From positions 13,950,001-14,014,000 of the forward strand of contig JBHGNT010000015.1 in NCBI GenBank assembly GCA_043228905.1: a stretch of DNA of 64,000 bases, given 5' to 3'. Position 1 is the stretch's first letter. Each line of letters starts with the position of its first letter. The notes beneath the pieces are model-generated. The model searched no databases. It saw nothing but the letters and a program-made list of their open reading frames with translations, and was not told where the DNA came from. The position numbers and the translations under genes were made by a program. Of the stretch, positions 12,901-27,200 are shown piece by piece. This stretch comes from Azolla caroliniana (lineage: Eukaryota; Plantae; Polypodiophyta).

Positions 12901-15775
12901 TCTGCAACATAGGCTGAGGCTAGAAGATCCCCTTGTCGTAACCTTCGAATTTTGTTGATTGTGGACTCATACTATCCATGCCTCCAAAACAAGACTTGAA
13001 CTCTTTAATAAATTCTTCAAAATTACTTAATAATGGAAATCCATTTTAAAGTAATGGAGCAAACCAAGCTAAGGTTGTTCCCGTAAGCAAGGTTCTTACA
13101 AGACCTACTCGAGATGTGATGGTTGGATAACAGGTTGGGTGCATTTGGAAAACCAATTGTACTTGATTTAAGAACCCTTGGAATTGACATCACATACCAT
13201 CAAACTTTCCGGGATGATAAATTTAGGCTCTTTGAAGCCTCCGTGATTCCCTATTGCTTGTTGTTGCAAAGCAAGTAATGCTAATTCCAACTACTGCACC
13301 CATTGTAAGAACTCAGCATGTAATTGTTGTTTCTCCACAATTGCCTTCTGTAAGTCCTCTAGTAGACGTTGATTCTCCCGTTCAAGTGCCATGAACTTGG
13401 TTTTGAAAAATTTCACTTCTACTCCAAGGATGAGATAATCTTGTTGATTAATATGGTCATAACTACAAAGGGCTATGAGACGAAGGCGAATTCTGGTTCA
13501 AACTGTCAAGGGACTATATAAATGTATTATATAAAAGAAAAATAGAACAAGGCATGAATAGATCATAGAAAATAATGGATGTATATTCGTAGTGCATGTT
13601 GTAGCCTACAGGCGATAAACCATCATATAAAGTGTAGCCTCAGGGCGATAACTATGAAAAGATTATCAATATTGTTGAAGGAAATCTCACAAGGAAAAAA
13701 GGAGGCAACAAACTTCAAACATCCCGTTGTGGCCATAAAGTTGAAAATGAATACGCTCACACTTCTTAGTCTCAACATCTTCTCCCTTTCGAATTCTTTT
13801 TGAGAGTTGTAAAAAACGTTTTCCTCAACACATCTAAGCTTCTAGCCATCCTTGGGTTGATCTAGGTAGGTTTTTAGATTGAGAGGTCATGCCTCTTGTA
13901 GTTTTTATCCACTATTTTACAACTCTAAGCTCTAATATCAAGCTAGTGGATGATTCATGGTGCACAAGTGAGGTACATCCAATTGGAAGGTGCATACTTT
14001 GCTCCTAACTCAATAGATAAATGGAAGTGGAGGCAATAAATTGAAGGTAGTGGATGATCCATGGTGCATAACTGAGGTACATCCAATTGGAGGTTGCATA
14101 CCTTTCTTCTAACGCAATAGCTAAAGTGAATTTTCATAGGATACTTTAACAGTTCATACCCCTGAAAAGGTGGTTAAGGAACATAGGGTGCATAAGCATG
14201 TAGGAAAGGGTTTGCTTCTCAAAAGACAAACAAGAACTTCAGAGGGTGCCAAGAAAGGTTGTCAAGATGCTCGTTTGGAGAAAAGGACATCACTAAAACT
14301 TGTGTAATATGCACATAGTTCGAGACATACTTCCCATTCTCACCATTCTCATACGTCAATATTCATATCATAGTTATGCGTGAATTGATCCAAAGTATGA
14401 TTGAGTTTCATTCATTTATATTTATATATTTTATTATTTTTATTACACAAAAAAAGTAAAAAATAAAATTAGTTATAACTAGTGTAAACTACATTTGATC
14501 CTACAGCCTGATAATAATTACATGATGAAAGCTTTGCCATTAAGCTATATTAGCACTGTTTTTTTACAAAGTAAGTAAAAAAAATATATATTCATGGAAA
14601 AAATAGGCCGTGAGCGGGACGCAGGGATGGAGGTTGTAAGAAGAGCTTGAGAGCAAAAGGAGGGAGGCTTGAAGGTAGTGGGAGGGAAATCAAGGGACTA
14701 AGAATAGAGGGGAGAGGGTAAGGGATTGCGTGAATGGGAGAGGGAGGGATCAGGGAGGAGGATGGGTGGGTGAAGGCGAGGGCGAGGGTGTGCACCACGA
14801 TGGAGGAACGCCCACTCACTCGATGTCATTGCTCCAACAACATAAAAAACTACGCAAATATTGGCATATATATGTAACGTATACATACGTTTGTAATTTT
14901 GCAAGTATGCAAATATTACGAACTATGAATATGCATGCCCCAAGTGTTTCTTCTACAATGTGCAAGGTGCAAGAAATTGTCAATTTGCCTGCACATGATT
15001 TCTTGCTTTATGTTGTTATAGATATGCAGCAGTGCAGAATTTTTCCATATACTGTTGATGAAGGAAATTTGGCTATGCTCAATTCGGGATTTGTTTGTTC
15101 TTAAAGATTCTTACGGCTTCTTAGATGTTAGTTGTTACAAGTTTGACATATCTGTATATATGATTATATTATCTCCACCTTGTAGGAAATTTATAGGCTA
15201 AGCTGAGATCTATGTGTTACCATAGGTGAGAGACTGATCTCACAGGTGTCTGTTTTTGGCATCAGTAGCAGATGTTTTGCTACGTAGACTTGGTTTCATT
15301 TTTCTATCTACACTTTTGGAAGAAGTGATTTGGTTTTCATGAATCGTTTCTACATAGTTGCTAGGTAGTCAAACTTTAAGTTGTATCCTTTGGGAATTTT
15401 TTTTTCCTTTAAAGATACATCTATTAATATTAAATGATAATACAAGAGATAGTAGAACGTCTACACTCTATGAGCTCAATGACAAAATGTAGTAATGAAG
15501 CAGAGTATGACGAAGATACAAATCATGTATGGGCCCAATGAATATATGGAGATGATGGTCAAAATAGCCTTTGGGTGTTTTTAATACTATTGAACAAAAT
15601 ATTTCAAGAAAAAATAAAAAGAAAAATTCAAAATCTTCAATGTCCCTTTCTATGGAGTCTAGAACCTTGAATCGATAGCTCATTTCATGTATGTTATGCA
15701 TTTTATTTTATTCAACTATTTTTTCTTGTCGAATTGCATGTTTATCAACTGGAGCATCTTTCACACCATGCAAAT

Positions 15776-16837
15776 TGTTGATACTAGCAATTACTGTCAA
15801 GATTAACACGGAATACTGCTCGGCCACAACCTAATCTTAGATCGTTTCGATGACAATCAAACACCTAGAAAAATGGGATGGGAGTGAATACACTTACACA
15901 CACATTGTAGAGAAGAGTACATAGGATGTTTACTTGGAAAACCCTTTGGTCAGCACTTTGGTCAGCACTTTGGTCAGCATGTCCAACCCGTTCTCCTCCG
16001 TGTGGATCTTCATCAGCACGAACTCCTAATCTTCATCCGCATTCTTCGCAAGGTGAATGACACTTTGACTGTTGCAGTAGAGTCGGTATTCCTCCTGTCG
16101 GATCCCGAGCTCACCGATGAAGTCCTTTATCCAGATTATCTCCTTGCTGGCTTCCACAACTGCCATGTACTCCACCTCTTGTGATTGACAATGTAACCGT
16201 CTTCTAAAGCCTCGATTGCCACGAAACGGCTGGTATCCGAATCAACCAACATATCCGAATCCGTGAATCCGTCGAGTTGGGGTTTACCGGAGCCGAATCG
16301 GAGGCACATGCTCGAGGTGCCTTTCAAGTATCGGAGTATCCACTTTACCGCGTTCCAGTGGTCTCTTCCGAGATTGCTCATGAACCGGCTCACCACTCCG
16401 ACTGCATATCCGATATCCGGCTGGGTACACACCATTGCATACATCAGGCTTCCGACTACAAATGCATATGGTATCTTCATCATATATGCCTTCCATGATT
16501 TTGTCTTTGGGCTTTTCTTACCCGATAATCTACAGTTTGCCGGGAGTGTCGATCCGACCGGTTTCGCTTCCGACATGTTGAACTGTTGAAGCACCTTCGT
16601 CACGTATTTCTCTTGTGACAACCACAATAGCTTCTTCGACCGGTCCCGGATGATATGCATCCCCAGTATCTATCTTGCCGGACCCAAGTGTTTTATTGAG
16701 AAGGTCTGGTTCAGAGCCTTCTTCCACATACGTATCTTGGCTTGGTCTCACCATCCACCTCTTGTCGGGTACTCGTCATCCGGCTCTCGCCGGTTACTCT
16801 TATTCGGATCCCATCCAGAGGGACTAAATTCCCAACA
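15776..16837 (-). mobile_element. Internally deleted Tnt1-like Copia (LTR stub-RT/RH-LTR end), copy 1
   Basis: ORF 16136-16660 LWLSQEKYVTKVL..YAMVCTQPDIGYAVG..KWILRYLKGT. LTR ends tgttgatac (15776) and cccaaca (16837). Confidence 0.88.
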
Positions 16838-16895
16838 ATTACCTCTTGCATATACTATTTGGTCTTTTTCATGGATTGTTCCTCTTCGATCGATT

Positions 16896-17625
16896 TCATT
16901 TTTTTCCTTGGCCAATGCTTTGCGAGATGGCCCATTTCTCTACAAACATAGCATTGACTGAACCTACCCACATAATCAACATCCACCAATACCCATCCAT
17001 AATCCTCGTGAGAATAATAAGTTTTGGTGGGAGAGCATCCAAGTTTTTCACTAGAAATTTTGCCCTAGGCATCTTTGAAAGCATCTTAGACGTTGTCTTT
17101 TTATGAGGATAGAGATCTCCCAAGTTTGCACAAAGGGTTGGAATCAGTGAGTGTAGGTGTCGGAAAGGGTTTTCCAGCATCTCATTCTCTTCAATTGGGT
17201 TAAAGGAGACATACCTTTCCATTAGTAATTCCTTTTCATATTTGACCTCTATTGGGCTAGCAATCAAGATGACCTTGATGTCCTCTTCTTAGTCTAGCAC
17301 ACTATGGTAAAAGCCTAGACTGTGTGCATTAACCTATTTAATCTTGGCATATTTTCTTGACGCACCATCTACAACATATTACATAGCATTCCCTTGCTTG
17401 GCCTCCCTCCTATTATTTTGGAGATAAGCAATCAATCTTAATTTTTCTACTTCTACATTAAACATGTCATTCTCTTGTGGGAAGCAAATGATTTCCAACA
17501 TATTGTTATTTGCATCATCCCCACGATTCAAGTTTTTCATCATGGCATCATATTTGGCATCAACCATTGGGCTATATGACACATTTGTTCGACTGTTAGG
17601 CATATGCTATTCATCCATTGTGATT
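16896..17625 (-). pseudogene. Degenerate retroelement gag/protease-like fragment
   Basis: Broken ORFs (CANLGDLYPH..LDALPPKL..) duplicated at 57330-57990; family not resolved. Confidence 0.35.
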
Positions 17626-17629
17626 ACAA

Positions 17630-19150
17630 AGTGCAAGGATTCTCTTTGTGATCATATTTCTTGATGATATCTTAATCTTCTCCAAAACACATGGAGAGCA
17701 TCATACTCATGTTTGCCAAGTCTTGGAGAGTAACGCATGCATGGTCTTTATGCTAAGCTAGGAAGATTCTAGGATATGTTATCTCCCCATTGGGCATCTC
17801 TATGGATCTAGCAAAAGTTACAATAGTCATTGAATGAAAGAGACCTAAAACAATTAAGGATGTTCAAACTTTCCTTTGCGTTGTTAACTTCTATCAACGT
17901 TTCATAATATTTACTCCGAAATCGCTCTTCCTCTACCATAGGTCACATAAAAGGATTACGTATTCATATGGACTACTATGACAAACCAAGATTTTGTCAC
18001 CTTCAAAAAGGCTTTTACCTCATCTCCAATTCTTGACCATCCTAATAAAAAGAAACCATATCCTATCAAAGCAGATGCATCCGACTTTGCTTGTGGAAGT
18101 GTCTAACAAAGAGATGATGGAGAATTATATCCAATTGCTTTCTACTTAACAAAATTTATAGATACAAAAATTAATTATGAGATTCATGATAAAGAGTTGT
18201 TAATTATTGTGGTTCCTTTGAGGCATGTCTTTGATTCTTAGAATGGGTACAAGACATTCCCACAAATTCTACTCATCACAAGAACCTCAAATATTTTCAA
18301 TAAGCACTTGTTTTGAATCGATGTCAATCGCGTTGGTTCATCTTCCTCAATCATTTAACTTTATTATTGAATATCGGTCAAGTTCTTTACAAGGACAATT
18401 TGATGTTCTCTCATGTCGATCTTACCTCACTCCCAAAAGGGGATATCTAGAATATGAAAATTAATAAGTACTTCTTGGCTCGGATCGTCTTCTTAGATTA
18501 GTTTCTACCACAATATTCCAAACTCCTAGTGATTCATCATTGATTGATGAGATTCGTCACGCAATAGCCACTAATTCACTTGCACAAGATAGTTTTAGAA
18601 GAATTGAAACCTCTTCATCTATGCCCTGAACATTGCCCTCATCCCAACATTTTGACCATAGTGAATTATGTATTCAAGATGGTTTGTTGTGTCAACTTGG
18701 CTTATTATATGTTCCTAGTGGCATGGTTCAACTACACGTACTTCAAGCTTGTCACGACAATCATCTTGATGGACATTTTGGAATCTCAAAAGCTATAAAG
18801 CTCATAACTCATACTTATTGGTGGCCACAAATTCGCAAGGATGTATAGGACTTCATTCAAAGTTATGATACTTGTTGCTAATCAAAACTTCTGTGCCATC
18901 TTCCTTTTGCAAAGCTTCAATCTTTGCCACTTGTTGATGCACCATGGTAATCCATCTCCATGGATTCGTATAGATCTTCCTTTATCTTCAAGTTCTGATA
19001 TCATTCTCATTGTTGGTGATTGTTTCACTAAGATAGTGCATTTCTCACCATGCACCAAGGATTTTACTAGTGAAGACATTGCACAAGTCCTATTTCAAGA
19101 GGTTTTTTTGTCATCATAGACTTGCACAAGAAAAAAATTAGTGATCGAGG
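17630..19150 (+). pseudogene. Chromovirus-type pol fragment (RT end, RNaseH, INT start), highly decayed
   Basis: ADASDFACG, NYEIHDKELL, LQACHD..GHFGISKAIKLITHTYWWPQI, ends at ISDRG. Confidence 0.85.
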
Positions 19151-20499
19151 TGGAAGAGAATCTATGAATGAATCTATAGAATGGTGGGGGTAAGCCCCTT
19201 TTATATACAAGATGAGGTAAGTGAGCATGATCGCCACATGGGGTCACCTCCTAGGGTTACCTATATGGCATTTCATGCATTTCATGTCAACAAGCTTATC
19301 ATTTACATGTTGAATTAATATATCAATAAATGATATATACCATAATTGTAAGCGCTATAATCTATAGAGTAGAGGTACAAGAATCAAATCCCTACATGTC
19401 TTTTTGCTATGCATATCTTTAAATTTGTGCCTGATCCTAAACACCCCCTCTCAAGCACATATTAAGATCACAAAGGCCAAGTTGTCTTCTAAACTTGAAA
19501 AACTTCTCTTTTGCTAATGGATTCGTGAAGATATCAACAACTTGATCCTTTGTCTTGACACAAATCAATGAGATCTTCAATAATCTTCTCACGAATAATA
19601 TGATAATGTATCTCAGTATGTTTTGTACGTACATGGAAAACAGGATTCTTGCCAAAAAGATTGAACTCATGTTATCACAGTAGATAACAAATGGTCTTTG
19701 CACGTTGATTCCAAGATTCTTTAGTAACATCTCTAACCATGTTGCTTCACATGCAGCTTGGGTTGCAACTCTATACTCTTCTTTAGTTGTACTCAATGCT
19801 ACAGTTGGTTGTTTCTTTGACAACCACAACACAACTCCACTTCAAAGTGAACAACAATATCCACTTGTACTTCTTCTTGTTTCTTTATCTCCAGCCCAAT
19901 TTGCATCACAAAAGAAACTAGGAGACAACTTACCATTAGAATAGAAAAGCTCATATTCTAATGTTCCTTTTATTTATCTTAGAATTCTTTTCATTGTCAC
20001 CATGTGTGCCTTCTTAGGTCCTTGCATATATCTACTAATTATATCAACTGAAAATGCAATATCTGGTCTTGTAATAGTCAAATAGATAAGCTTTCCAACT
20101 ATTTGTTGGTACATCTGGACATTTGTAAAAGCATCATTATTGGTATCATCTAACATCATCCTTTCTTGCATTGGTGTTTGCATTAGTTTACAATCATGAA
20201 TACTTAATTCTTTTAGCATATCAATTCTATACTTTTTCTGAGAAAACATCCAACCATTCATACATTTAATCACTTCAATACCCAAGAAATACTTAAGTTC
20301 TCCTAAATCCTTCATCTCAAACTCATTTCACATTTGACTTTTTATTTTATGTATAAGCTCATCATTATCACCTGTTATAATTAAATCATCTATGTATAAA
20401 CAATAATGATTATACCATATTTACCATAATTCACAAAATCCGATGCATCTGCATGACTTTGCTTGAAGTTCATACTTTTCAAGTAGTTTCCCAACCTTT
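19151..20499 (-). mobile_element. Ty1/Copia 3' fragment (RT-RNaseH-PPT-LTR), AT-rich family
   Basis: MKDLGELKYFLGIEV..YLTITRPDIAF; WLSKKQPTVALSTT..YCDN. PPT gagagggggtg at ~19442-19452; LTR about 19151-19443. Confidence 0.9.
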
Positions 20500-20660
20500 T
20501 CAAGTGCATCGGATTTCTATTGAAAGAAAACAACTTTCAGTTAGAATCTGATGCAGTGCATCAGATTCTGGTTGAGAGATGTTTCTTTTCAACCAGAATC
20601 TGATGCACTGCATCGGATTCTGGTTGAAATTGACCTTAGTTTTCAACGAGAATCCAATGC
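20500..20660. repeat. Palindromic repeat array (aatc.gatgca[c/g]tgcatc.gatt), left part, family 2
   Basis: For example aaccagaatctgatgcactgcatcggattctggtt at 20591-20625. Overlaps the start of the array at 59151. Confidence 0.85.
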
Positions 20661-20680
20661 TTGAAAGAACAATTTTAGGT

Positions 20681-22511
20681 GGAACTCTATACAATTTTCG
20701 TTGGAACCTTATCGCTTTTCTGACAATTCTTCTTTTTTAGTCGAAGAATACGACAACGTTTAGTGAAAGGAGAATGCATACCTTTTAATAAGGATTCAAG
20801 TAGAGGTAGGACGCCATGCACTAAATTGGCTGGAGATTCATTTCTCAAAGCAATGTGAGGTTATGCCTACTACCAGAAGATTGCATTTGTCTGATAACTT
20901 TACACGTCGTGAGGTTTATCTAGCATATAAGGATGAGATGGTTTCAGAAAGGCTATAGTACATACAGTATCGACATTTCATACGATTATGGAGGCTACAG
21001 TTCAACAATGTGGTTATACCACGCAAGGTCCAGATGGGTATATGCTCGATTTGTGCAAGCTTAAAAAATATGGCAAAGGGTGGGAGATCGGATGAAGAAA
21101 TAAGGAATTACAAGATTTTGCTAAAAGAATATCGTGAAAGTCAATCCGTAGAACAATCTAAAGCCCTACACCATCGACAAAAAGCTCTTTTATCACTTGA
21201 AAGGTATATGTGTATGATTATGGATGGAATGGATCAAAAGAAGACTTGTCTGCCACACTTTCAGAGGCTACCAAAGGACATCAGAGATGAATGTCTTGTA
21301 CAAATGCATTTAGTAGGTTGTCTGTTGTACTCACCAAAGTCAAAAGTATACCATTTGAAAGAAGTGTATGATTTTAAACGCTTGTGTATGGATGGTGGTG
21401 GGGGTCAATGTAAGGTTCTTGCACATCTTCATAATATAAGTTTCAATCGTATCTTCTTAATAAAAAGAAGTGGTGTGCATGATAATGCAACATTGTTGTA
21501 TGCAAAGCAATACTCATCTAGTACAAAGCGGGAGCCACAAGAGGGATGCATGTTCTTGCTACATGTCCCAAATGATACAATCCAAGGTACTAACCAAATT
21601 CCATATGATGATCATGAAAAAGGGCTCCTGGAAGCTCAATTGATGAGCAAAGGATATATTGGATCAGATGCATTGAAGAGAAAACGAAAAATATTGAGCG
21701 CACAAAGAAGTATGCAAGTAATCAAGACTTCGAATCGTGGGATATCTTTTTTCAAGAACAACACATGATTCTAACTAATTACACTATTGGATATTGGCCA
21801 CTCCAAAACCCGTTTATATGGAATCTAGGTGTTCCTTCAAGAGTGTTTATGAATCACAATCAATCATTTGATAATATTGAACTTGGTAATCTAGTTCGTC
21901 GACAACTCAGAGATATTTACGTGGGTCCAAGAGTTTCATGTATTGCAGCGGCAAGATGGCAAGGAAATTTGCAAGAGTTACAAGTTGGGATGTTGATTGT
22001 AATGTTGCCTGGGGATAATGAGTCAGGTCATCCATTTTAGATAGCTAAGTTTGTAGAACTATTGAAGGATGAGCAAGGCAATCAACTTAAGTCCCTTGTG
22101 GTTCATTGGTATCATACCACTTCCCATGATGCATTTATCGGAAAGTATTCTTTAGAGATGGTTAAAGATGTCGAAGGCACAAGCAGAAAGCGAAGAAGGA
22201 TGAATGTACCTAGCACAAGCACCCTCACATTGGATAATGTAGATATTCTTGTGTATGATTTCTCATTAACTAAAATAGGTTATCTCCAACAGACCAGAAT
22301 CAAGATCCTGAAAGAGAAGATTCCAAATATAGCTCCAAGCATACCACGAAGACGAGCAAGAAGCATGAGGCATAACCCTAATGACGTAGGTTTGCAACTT
22401 GATGAAGACAATGCATTAGTTGCCAGTGATGATGAGGACGAGACCTCTCAGATAGCTTCTAGTTTATTTGATGGCTCTAAGGAAGATGGTATTGACTTGG
22501 CAAATAAATGA
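20681..22511 (+). pseudogene. Sola/DUF7869-like DDE transposase, family 2, multiply deleted copy
   Basis: CSICASLK..MCMIMDGMDQKKTCLPH. The catalytic core (LQLDN..GHTH) is deleted relative to 61151-61513. C-terminal VVHWY domain retained. Confidence 0.8.
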
Positions 22512-23804
22512 TATGGTACATAAATTATGATTTTGTATTCAAATGTCGATATGTAGATTCCTGAATTTGTAAAAATATTAGTACTACTCATTTCTTTACA
22601 TTGATTTGTAATTTTGGCTACTCCATTATAAAGCATTTTTTGGGACCGTTTATATTCTCAAAATGCTATAAATCAATATATATTTGGGTCTATTGTACAA
22701 ATACTTTACGCATGCGACACCGCTTTTGGTGAAATGAGATGTATTATGCCATTTTTTGACAGACAGTTCTCAAATTGTGACATATTACCTATTTGAAATG
22801 TCATTGCATTAAACATCTAATTTTAAGTAAGAAACTGACTTGTAGTCACATGACGTGTTTTAAACATGAGTTCATGAGTAAGTGTTGTAGTGAAAAGTGC
22901 TTGTTGTGTAGTTTTGCGTCTTCAACGGAGGAAAATGCAAGGTGGCCGGTAGATGCATAGGTAGGAAAAAATCGGTACATTTTGAACCTTTTTTTAATTC
23001 GTTTAATTTCATTCCATTTCCTACATCGATCGATACAGCAACTAATGTTGGCCTGCGTGAACGCATATCTTTAGTAGTAGCCCTGCCAACAAAGAGATGA
23101 TGGCCCAAAAGCTACAAAAATATATAGAGAACCCTAAACTGATCAACAAGCAAAGGAAATAGAAATCTCCACCATTAGCACATAGTGGCTGAGCAAGAAA
23201 TCTCAAGGGTGGGTGTGGAAATACATGGGATAACCTCTAGGCATTGAAGAGATCCATCCTACATGCAAGACCTCTAGAATATTCCTGCCTGTAGAACTCA
23301 GAAGAAACACAAAGAGGTCAAAACACATTCAACCGACTGACCTTTGCCTACGTGTAGACATGCTACTCTATAATGAGGTCTATGGCTTCTTGTGAAGACA
23401 TGCCTAAAGAAGTAGGCAAGGTCGCATTGGCTTGGTGGATGGTATAGGTCAGTACTAACTCGATGATTAGTTGCTGCATCTCTCTCTCGTGCTTGAGATG
23501 GTTGCGATCGCAACTACTTAATGTGATTTGATGTGTCGAAGTGAAGTGGTTGGGAAAGAGGAGACCTTTTTGTTTCTGCTATCAACAAGTAAGTGCCTAC
23601 ATGTGAGAGGTCATCATCTGGTGGAATAACTTAATTGAAGGCATAAAAGTCGGAGGTTTTCTTTTTTACCAAAACCAAAATATCCTTCCATTAGTTTTTA
23701 GAAAAGTCATAACAACTGCAACATACAAAATAGTTTTTCCCAACTCATCTTTATAAGACGATGGTTAAGGAAACAAATCTATGTACTCCAAACTAGAGGA
23801 AAAA

Positions 23805-24245
23805 CTAATTTGAAAGTTGTTCTATAGATACATTCCAAGTTATTCCATTGACAACAACAAAAGTAGTTGCATCCAAAGACAAGCCCTCCCAGCTCATAGA
23901 TATGAACCATTTCAGTGCTTCTTCAACCTGCTCTTGTTCAACATAATTTGTAATCAATGCATTCCAAGCTATTCCATAAATAGAAACAAAAGTTGTGACA
24001 TCCAAAGACAAGCCCTCGCAATTTCTAGATTGGAACCATTAGAATGATTTTTCAGCATGCTGTATCCACAAATGCAATTCCAATAAATCTTCCTTTACCC
24101 TAAAAACCGAATGCTACCACAAGCTTCCAAGGTAGAGAACAATGTATTCCATGCCTCTACATCTCAGTTTTGAAGGCGATCAAATACATTCTGTGCTTCT
24201 TCAAGACAACCACATTTCATATGCACGTCTGTAAACACAAAAGAA
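23805..24245 (-). pseudogene. PLS-class pentatricopeptide repeat gene fragments
   Basis: MKCGCLEEAQNVFDRL..DVEAWNTL and IAWNALITNYVEQEQVEEALKWF..M..EGLSLDATTFV; broken by stops. Confidence 0.75.
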
Positions 24246-27200
24246 TGCTTCCTCTTTCCACATCAATGATCTTGTTGGTTACCACCAAATTCTTGGTTCT
24301 ATACTCCCTCCATTCTCTTGAAACTACCTCGTATACATGAAAACAATGACCACTTGTATGCTCACACAACTTCAGAGAACCATAGCATACAGACCATTCT
24401 TCAAATTACATCATTCTGCCACATCCAATCCTTGTTGTACGATCACCAAGTAAACCACAACAAATCTCTGTTGAACCATGATCCACCTAGCCACATATAG
24501 CATATGTCCAACAAAGCCTTTCCAAGCGGGTTTTCTTTTTGTGAGGGGAAAGGGGGGGGGTGCATTTTTTACAAAAGGTAAGAAATGGGGAACAGATTTA
24601 TAGGGGGAGGGGGAAATGGGGAAAGGGGCACACATTTTCATTGATGTCTCTACATAGAGACGAAACATTTGTCGCTACGTAGTGATAACATCTGTAGCAA
24701 TAGATTTAGTCACAATACATAACCCAGCAAAAAAATCAAAATCATGAACGAGCTTTCGTCGCCATAGCCCTGAAAATGTAGTAGTGAACACTAGTAAAGA
24801 AGAAGCTTTGTGAAAGATGACTTCTCCTAACCCTATGATTATATGGAAAGCAAGGTGCCAACTAGTTTTCCAAGGCGTTAGAATGTGAGAAATACAAATA
24901 GTTGCATTTTTTTGAAATGAATTACTAGTTTCTTTGAAATATTCGCTTAATATAATTCCTAAAAACAAACGTGCTAATTACTTGCAACTTCATCAATTTT
25001 ACAAGTATTGATGTTGATAGCCTTTTTCTACACAAGCAATATGACAAATCCATTGGAATTTTGCACCACCTAAATGGTTATTTGCTTCCACGTTGTGTTA
25101 CTCGTCTTTAATTCACAAGACTTGACAGTATGTACGTAAATTTTTCTTCAAGATTAGTTGAATTGTATCCATATTTCATATCTCCATCCATCACGCTTCT
25201 TAATCTTCAACTAGACAGATGTAATGTAACTTGCAACTATGGGGGCAATGCTATTTCGCAAATGCAATAGTCAATAGTCCTAAATTCTTTAGAATGTTGG
25301 ATGGTATGTTGATGCATTTGCATCAAATGCTTTTTGGATTGTCATGTGTTTCTCATAGTTTTCAATTGCAGCTTCCAATAATATTAATTGTATTGGTTAT
25401 TCAATTCATGTGTTCTTCAATGTTGCTACATAACGCTCAGCTTCTGGTAAGTCATATGAGCTGCTAAAATTGCTCATTGTCTTCCTCATTATGTTTGTAG
25501 TTATTCAATTTGTTTTTCATGTGCCTTTATTATACTGTCATCATTTTGATGGCAACATAGCTGTATCCACCTCATAAGTAATAGAAGTCCTTTTCTAGCA
25601 AAATAATAATAATCATGGTAGCAAAAGAGCCATGCGTTTCCGTACGGTAAGCCCATCATTGAGTCAATCATCACAAGAAATCAATTAATGTGCCACCAAG
25701 AAACAATCAATCAGGACTAACACAGTAGACAAGTTGAAGTGGAATTAAGCTCTTGGAAACTTAACCACTATTTCTGTAATCGAGTATCTTGGGAATGAAT
25801 CATGTCACAAAAGCTCTATTCTGCTTTATGACTCAAACATTCCAAATCGGTCATTGGTAAAAGCATAACAAATTACCAGTGCCAATTTTCCCATGTATGA
25901 TGCGTAATCAAAGATATTGTGATAGATGCATTTCATGCCGTGTATCTCATTGTCTACATCAACAAAAAACATAAGGCCAACCCAAAGAGAAATAAGCAAC
26001 ATTCCACAAAAACGAGGCAGATGCTTGGAAATGTAAGCATTGCCTCCTCGAGTGCCAACTATCTAGTATTTTCTCTAAAACTTTCAAAGGTAGTTATTAA
26101 AAGTATAAACCTTTTGAGATTTATCGTTTCCAAAATACAATTATGCCATTGTATGATCCAAATACAAACATAAAATGATGAAAGTAATACATGGCCCATG
26201 CATAATGTCATGTATGCAAGCTGAGAACAAAATGTCCACGACCATGGAACTATTTGAAGATAGTAGCAAATGTCAACAACCATGGGAATGAATGATATCC
26301 CTGAAAATCAAATCGACACCACATTCCATGTAGTAGCATGAGGAATCCTTGAACTAGACAGATGCAACCACATTTTTAGCAAAATAAACATATGAAGCCA
26401 ACTTCTTAGAATATACGTTGCACATAAATATGTAGCACAAATTATAAGAGCATTCATGCTCCTTCCTTTCCATGGTACCAAGCATTACCAATATTGTGTG
26501 AAATTACATTGGGACTTCGTCTATTACGGAAACATTCAAAAGAGAAGATTGACCGCATACCACGTATGTACTATCTATAACTATTCCAAAGCGCTAAAGA
26601 AAAAACCATTAACAACCAGCTAAATCATCACATATCAGTCACATATATAGCTTCATCCAATGTCGCCTCTATATTTTCATGAACAACAGGTACCAACAAT
26701 AAAACGAAGAATAAAACCAATATATGCATGTCAATTGTACAAAATATAAGCTGCAATGTTCAATATTGACATCTTTACGCTTTATCACCCAATTTAGTCC
26801 TACAAATGACGTTGGTGTAGCTTATGACATATTACACATGGCTTTTTTTTCCTTCCTGAACAACCCATACCAATATATCACATATGTTCAAATAAAGCTC
26901 TATTTTATCTATAGACAACAAAGATACATGGTGAAATCCAAATATGCAGAAAAACATCAAAAACTAGCACATACATCGAGATTAATTGGAGGTCTAAAAT
27001 CTGCAAATGTCACGTTCACAGCCAAACATTAAAACATAAACATGTTAAGAAACCAAAACAAAGGAGCCATTTAACGTGTGAACCAGAAAAATAGAAAAAG
27101 GTCACTACACACAACCGCCAGAAAAAAATTTCTTTCACAACATTACATTATGACCATTCGTCAATAGATCAATACCATGAATTTCAAGCCTTTGTACGCA

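Larger units (their letters stand above)
8787..13600 (-). mobile_element. Ty3/Gypsy chromovirus (Tcn1-like), degenerate, copy 1
   Basis: gag with LCLYCGRPGH..NCP (12332-12838); protease (11872-12170); [22 protein letters not shown] (11156-11440); [26 protein letters not shown] (9973-10191). LTR boundary tgtcaag at 13504. Confidence 0.92.

Noticed and set aside
22882-22892. CACTA terminal repeat (gttgtagtg = reverse complement of CACTACAAC) as the end of the family-2 element
   Set aside because: Homology with the inverted fragment at 32040 continues past the motif, no matching left end is seen, and the transposase is not TnpD-like. Element termini remain undefined.
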